In this document: piece by piece, positions 59,551-64,000 of the stretch
Layout of the letters: each line of letters begins with the position of its first letter
Position numbering within the stretch: position 1 is the stretch's first letter
Notes under the pieces: generated by a model
Told to the model about the DNA's origin: nothing
What the model saw: the letters and a program-made list of their open reading frames with translations, nothing else
Databases searched by the model: none
From: Candidatus Methanomethylicia archaeon
GTDB lineage: Archaea; Thermoproteota; Methanomethylicia; Culexarchaeales; Culexarchaeaceae
Direction: 5' to 3'
Assembly (NCBI GenBank): GCA_038727515.1
Contig: JAVYVS010000001.1
Span: 465,964 to 529,963 of the forward strand
DNA: 64,000 bases
Translations under genes and position numbers: made by a program

Positions 59551-60489
59551 ATGAAGAATAAAGTCTTGGTACTTGAACCCATACATAAAGAAGGCATTAA
59601 TATTTTGAAGAAGTATTGTGATGTCATTGAGCTCAATGGAAAGATTACCATAGAAGAATTAAAGGAAATGGTCTCCGATGTAGACATAATAGTTTCTAGA
59701 GGATTTATAAAGATAGGTGAAGAAATACTTAAATCCGCAAAGAAGTTAAAGGCAATAGTTGTACATGGAGTTGGAATAGACCATATAGATTTAAAAGCAG
59801 CAGAAAGATATGGTATAAAAATTGTAAATACACCAGAAGCATTAACAGATTCAGTGGCGGAATTCACCATTGGAGCATTAATATCAATGCTTAGAAGAAT
59901 ACCACAAGCAGATAAAGCTGTTAGAATGGGGCAATGGCATAGAAAGTATACAGATCTAATTGGAGTAGAATTAATGGATAAAAATATTGGGATAATTGGT
60001 CTTGGAAGAATAGGTTCAGCAGTAGCTAGAAGATTAAAATCATTTAATGTAAAACTATACTACTATGATAAAATTAGGAAGAAAGATCTTGAAGAAGAAT
60101 TAGGAATAAAATATCTAGATTTAAATGATCTACTACGAATTTCCGATATAATCTTAATACACCTACCATTAACGGAAGAAACATATCATATAATATCCAA
60201 AAGGGAATTTGAATTAATGAAAGATGGAGTCTATATAGTTAATATGGGTAGAGGAGCATTAATAGATGAAAAAGAATTAATTAGATACATTGAAAATGGA
60301 AAGATTGCTGGAGCAGCTTTAGATGTATTTGAAGTAGAACCACTACCCATGGACAGCCCATTAATAAAATATGAAAACGTTATATTAACACCACATTTAG
60401 CTGCAAGTAGTCAAGAAGCTTTAAAGAGATTATCTATAGAAGTAGCAAGAAAAACTCTAGAAGAATTGGAAATAAACTTTAGAGAATAA
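59551..60489 (+). CDS. D-isomer-specific 2-hydroxyacid dehydrogenase (NAD-dependent)
   Basis: GIIGLGRIGSAVARRL (NAD-binding GxGxxG) and a catalytic region (MGRGALIDE...LTPHLAASS) are present. Confidence 0.85.
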   Translation: MKNKVLVLEPIHKEGINILKKYCDVIELNGKITIEELKEMVSDVDIIVSRGFIKIGEEILKSAKKLKAIVVHGVGIDHIDLKAAERYGIKIVNTPEALTDSVAEFTIGALISMLRRIPQADKAVRMGQWHRKYTDLIGVELMDKNIGIIGLGRIGSAVARRLKSFNVKLYYYDKIRKKDLEEELGIKYLDLNDLLRISDIILIHLPLTEETYHIISKREFELMKDGVYIVNMGRGALIDEKELIRYIENGKIAGAALDVFEVEPLPMDSPLIKYENVILTPHLAASSQEALKRLSIEVARKTLEELEINFRE

Positions 60490-60527
60490 ACAACCTTTTT
60501 ATCTAAATACTATCCATAACTTTTTAC

Positions 60528-61724
60528 ATGTATATAAAACCATTAGAAGGAATAAGAGTATTAGATGTTAGTAGAGTATTAGCTGGACCCTTCTGTACAA
60601 TGATACTTGGAGATTTAGGAGCAGAAGTAATAAAGGTTGAAGAACCAGTAAAGGGGGATGAAACAAGAAGTTGGGGTCCACCCTTCATAAATGGAGAAAG
60701 CGCATATTACCTATCAATAAACAGGAATAAGAAGAGTATAACTGTGAATTTGAAATCTGAGGAAGGTATAGAAATCATATATAGATTAGCTGAAAGAAGT
60801 GATGTATTCATAGAGAATTTTAGACCGGGAGTTGCTGAAAGACTTAAAATAGACTATGACTCCATAAAGAAGATAAACCCAAAAATAATATACTGTTCCA
60901 TAAGTGGTTTTGGTCAAACAGGACCATATAGAGATTATCCAGCCTATGACCTATTAATACAAGCAATGTCAGGGTTTATGAGTATAACTGGTGAAGAAGG
61001 CAGACCTCCAGTTAGAATTGGAGTAGCATTATTTGATATAGGTGCAGCTATGTATGCAGCAATAGCCATAATAGCAGCGTTATATAGGAGGGAGAAAATA
61101 GGAGTTGGAGAAAGAATAGATATATCACTACTTGATACTGGAGTTTCATGGCTAACATATATGGCAATGAATTATTTTGCCACTGGTGAAAACCCAAAGA
61201 AAATGGGGTCTGCACATCCAAGTATAGTTCCATATCAATGTTTCAAAGATAAAAATGGAAAATACTTTGCAGTAGCGGTTGGAAATGATGAACACTGGAG
61301 AAAAATGTGTAAATCACTTGGAAAAGAAGAATGGATAAATGATGAAAGGTATATTACAAATCCAAATAGGGTGAAAAATAGGTATGAACTTTTAGCTGAA
61401 TTAAACAAGATATTTGAAAGTAATACTAGGGAGTATTGGTTAAAGGTTTTAATGGAAAACTCAGTCCCATGCGCACCAGTAAATGAAGTAAGTGAAATAT
61501 TAAGTGACCCTCAAGTTATACATAGAGAAATGGTGAAAGAAATAAATCATCCAAAATTGGGATTAATAAAACAACTTGGAATACCAATAAAATATGCAAA
61601 TACTAAACTTGAAATTAAAGATCCACCACCAACATTAGGTCAACATACAGAAGAAGTATTAATGAAAATTCTCGGATATGATAAAGAAAAAATCTTAGAT
61701 CTAAAAAAGAGGGGAGTTATTTAA
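60528..61724 (+). CDS. family III CoA-transferase (CaiB/BaiF/Frc-like)
   Basis: LEGIRVLDVSRVLAGPFCTMILGDLGAEVIKVE is the family-III N-terminus. The catalytic Asp region (FDIGAAMYA) and 398-aa length fit. Confidence 0.85.
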   Translation: MYIKPLEGIRVLDVSRVLAGPFCTMILGDLGAEVIKVEEPVKGDETRSWGPPFINGESAYYLSINRNKKSITVNLKSEEGIEIIYRLAERSDVFIENFRPGVAERLKIDYDSIKKINPKIIYCSISGFGQTGPYRDYPAYDLLIQAMSGFMSITGEEGRPPVRIGVALFDIGAAMYAAIAIIAALYRREKIGVGERIDISLLDTGVSWLTYMAMNYFATGENPKKMGSAHPSIVPYQCFKDKNGKYFAVAVGNDEHWRKMCKSLGKEEWINDERYITNPNRVKNRYELLAELNKIFESNTREYWLKVLMENSVPCAPVNEVSEILSDPQVIHREMVKEINHPKLGLIKQLGIPIKYANTKLEIKDPPPTLGQHTEEVLMKILGYDKEKILDLKKRGVI

Positions 61725-61726
61725 AT

Positions 61727-63886
61727 TTATCTAAAGCGTAAAATTATCATGATTATTGCAACAATCACTATTATGCTAATCACTATATAAATCCAAGATG
61801 GAATAGAAACCATCTGTGTTGGAGTTTCAGCTTTATAATAAACAGTTAAAGTAAGGTCGGAATTCAATAAAATAGTTCTCGTTGAACCAGTAAATCCATC
61901 ACTCCACCCACTAAAAACATATTTTACACCACCAACAACAACTTCACTTGGAAAGTTTACTGTATAATTCCCAGAAAGTAGAGAACTAGAGAACTTCGTA
62001 GTATAAGAAGACCCAGCCATCGTGAATTGAATACCACTTATTGGAGATGAATCAATGGTTAAAGTATAGTATTTAGGAGTTATATAAGCGAAAGTACCAT
62101 TAACATAGTTAATATTGCCAATGAAATCTTCAGCTATAATTGAATATGTAATGTTTAGAACATTGCTTGGAATCGACAATTTATATTCATATTTCAATAG
62201 ATCATATGAGTATAATGTCAAAGTTTTATCTGCAATAATTTTTGGAGGAATATCATCAATATTATACCATACGCTTTTAGAACCATTGGAAAAGGTAAAT
62301 TGATACTTTAAACCAACACATTTAATGCCAACAGAATCATCAGTAGCATTCACGTAGAATATTAATCCACCATCACCTTTAACAACATTAGCATAAATCT
62401 TTGGAGGAATAGTGTCATTAATTGAAGTCAAAGTAATATAGTAGCTTGTTTTAGCTGGAATATTAACCCTAAATTGAACAAGATATCTACCACCTAAATC
62501 GAAAACTCTATAATTAGATGGAGGATATGGATAGAAATTATACTTGTTGAATGGTATTGAACCATTAACTATAAATTCTATTAATGGGTTTATACTTGCT
62601 TCAAGATTATTATAAATTTTTATTGAAGAAGCTCTTGTTGAACCATCATTTCTAGGAGTATAATAGTATGAAAGCATTCCAATGGGATATGCGGATGGAG
62701 AATCTTGTGGAGTTTTCCCACCAATGGTAAGTATATTAACATCACCAGAATCACTAACATTAATTAATCTAAAAGACCAATAAACACCAACTGGAAGAGA
62801 ACCACCTGCAGGTGAAATAGTCTCAAAAATATGTTTGCCATTGTATATATTAAATTGCTCCCTATGAATATGACCTGCAAGTACTAAACGAACATTATAC
62901 TGCTCAACAAGTCTAAGAAATTCTGCAGCAATAGGGGTATTACTAGCCCAAGTATAATATAAATAGTTTACCAAAGCATTAATATTCTGCCATGAACCAG
63001 TAATTGAAAAACCAGTACCAAATATTGGATGATGAATTAAGAAGATTTTAACATCATCAACATTTATATTCTTTAAAACAGATTCAGCCCATTTAAGTTG
63101 ATCAATATCGACATAACCTAATTCACGGGTATCCATAGCTATAAAATGAAACTTCCCAAAACTCAAATTATAGTACAATGGACCACAATACTTTTGATAA
63201 TTTGCAGCATCATCACCAGAATGATCATGATTACCTGGAAGAACTAGTATTGGAATCTTTGAAGAACCATTAAATACAATAGACCAGGCATAATCCCAAG
63301 CTGAAGCAATAACACCTATATCAACAAAATCACCAGTTATAACCAATATACTCGGTTTAATCAAATTAAGTTCATATATAGCTCTAGCAATAACATCAGC
63401 ACCATATGGTAAATGAGTGTCGCTCAAATGAGCGATCAAGAGATTTTTAGGATAATCTTCAAAAACATATACAGAGTTGAGTTGCTTATACGAATAATTA
63501 ATTCCACCACTAGTATAAGACAATTTAAGTGAATATAAACCTGGAATAACATTTGATGGAACCTTTAAATAAAAGCTCCAGAGTCCACTACTCGAATTAT
63601 ATGAACCCACAAAATACGAGATATCATACTTAAGTCCATAAGTATTTGAATATATTGTAAAAGCCCAATTCGTAGCAGAACTTGGAGCTTTAACCACAAC
63701 TTTAAAAAGACCATTTAAAACACATAAAGCTGGTAATGATGGTAATGGGTATTTAATGGGATCTGTAGCTATAGTCCTTTGAGATACTGCAAAAAAGCTG
63801 AAGAGATTTATGAAGAAAATCGTTGCCACAATGAATATGCAAAATCGATTATTAACCTTAATGGCTGGATTAGACATAATCTTCAA
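61727..63886 (-). CDS. secreted, C-terminally membrane-anchored calcineurin-like metallophosphoesterase with Ig-like repeats
   Basis: Signal peptide (FCIFIVATIFFINLFSFFAVSQ). Phosphoesterase motifs are GDFVD, LPGNHDH and GHIHRE. The C-terminal TM helix is IVISIIVIVAIIMIIL. Confidence 0.65.
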   Translation of the reverse strand: MKIMSNPAIKVNNRFCIFIVATIFFINLFSFFAVSQRTIATDPIKYPLPSLPALCVLNGLFKVVVKAPSSATNWAFTIYSNTYGLKYDISYFVGSYNSSSGLWSFYLKVPSNVIPGLYSLKLSYTSGGINYSYKQLNSVYVFEDYPKNLLIAHLSDTHLPYGADVIARAIYELNLIKPSILVITGDFVDIGVIASAWDYAWSIVFNGSSKIPILVLPGNHDHSGDDAANYQKYCGPLYYNLSFGKFHFIAMDTRELGYVDIDQLKWAESVLKNINVDDVKIFLIHHPIFGTGFSITGSWQNINALVNYLYYTWASNTPIAAEFLRLVEQYNVRLVLAGHIHREQFNIYNGKHIFETISPAGGSLPVGVYWSFRLINVSDSGDVNILTIGGKTPQDSPSAYPIGMLSYYYTPRNDGSTRASSIKIYNNLEASINPLIEFIVNGSIPFNKYNFYPYPPSNYRVFDLGGRYLVQFRVNIPAKTSYYITLTSINDTIPPKIYANVVKGDGGLIFYVNATDDSVGIKCVGLKYQFTFSNGSKSVWYNIDDIPPKIIADKTLTLYSYDLLKYEYKLSIPSNVLNITYSIIAEDFIGNINYVNGTFAYITPKYYTLTIDSSPISGIQFTMAGSSYTTKFSSSLLSGNYTVNFPSEVVVGGVKYVFSGWSDGFTGSTRTILLNSDLTLTVYYKAETPTQMVSIPSWIYIVISIIVIVAIIMIILRFR

Positions 63887-64000
63887 TCAAAATATAAATA
63901 AAAGTATTAAAAAGCATTATCATATGGTAATATCATAACCCTATCTCTGGGTATAGCAATTTTAATTGGTTTATTAACGTCAATATTAAAATCAGAATCG

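Noticed and set aside
1-64000. Search for tRNA/rRNA genes, CRISPR arrays and IS elements.
   Set aside because: No GC-rich islands of tRNA size occur in any intergenic gap. No repeated 25-40-bp spacer-separated units were seen. No transposase or integrase-like ORFs are present.

Overview
This is an AT-rich (about 30% GC), gene-dense window that looks like an archaeal chromosome, probably from a thermophilic peptide- and amino-acid-fermenting archaeon. Several genes carry Shine-Dalgarno-like GGAGG/GGTGA motifs; AT-rich TATA-like promoter tracts are mentioned in places, but no promoter features are called. I support about 60 protein-coding genes and found no tRNA or rRNA, no CRISPR array, and no integrase or transposase.

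The core metabolism present is:
- succinyl-CoA synthetase sucCD;
- an indolepyruvate:ferredoxin oxidoreductase operon (iorAB) with an overlapping LMW-PTP/ArsC-like gene;
- a tungsten-type aldehyde:ferredoxin oxidoreductase with an overlapping MoaD-like gene, next to an Fe-alcohol dehydrogenase;
- a D-2-hydroxyacid dehydrogenase plus family-III CoA-transferase pair;
- peptidases of families M20, M29 and M81 and two D-aminoacylase paralogs;
- OPT, APC and MFS transporters;
- a metal-homeostasis locus of a ZIP transporter, a P1B-type ATPase and NikR;
- a cytoplasmic GH38 alpha-mannosidase;
- dTMP kinase, an HD phosphohydrolase, and the C-terminal part of a Lon protease.

The candidates most worth a second look as possibly uncharacterised systems are:
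- a CitG-like gene, a Pol-beta nucleotidyltransferase and a stand-alone ATP-cone protein with no citrate lyase nearby (8620-10934);
- a membrane-anchored PD-(D/E)xK (NOV_C/DUF3883-like) nuclease-domain protein (30874-31797);
- a radical-SAM SplB-like gene divergent from an Nre-like gene and a small P-loop NTPase (27398-30208);
- an orphan AbiEii-like nucleotidyltransferase (5657-6523);
- a convergent, overlapping DUF429-like/DUF559 pair behind a 410-bp noncoding region (56229-57672);
- a non-canonical CX4CX2C radical-SAM protein followed by a YbjQ-domain protein (16136-18232).

All calls rest on motifs read from the translated ORFs; nothing was searched against a database.
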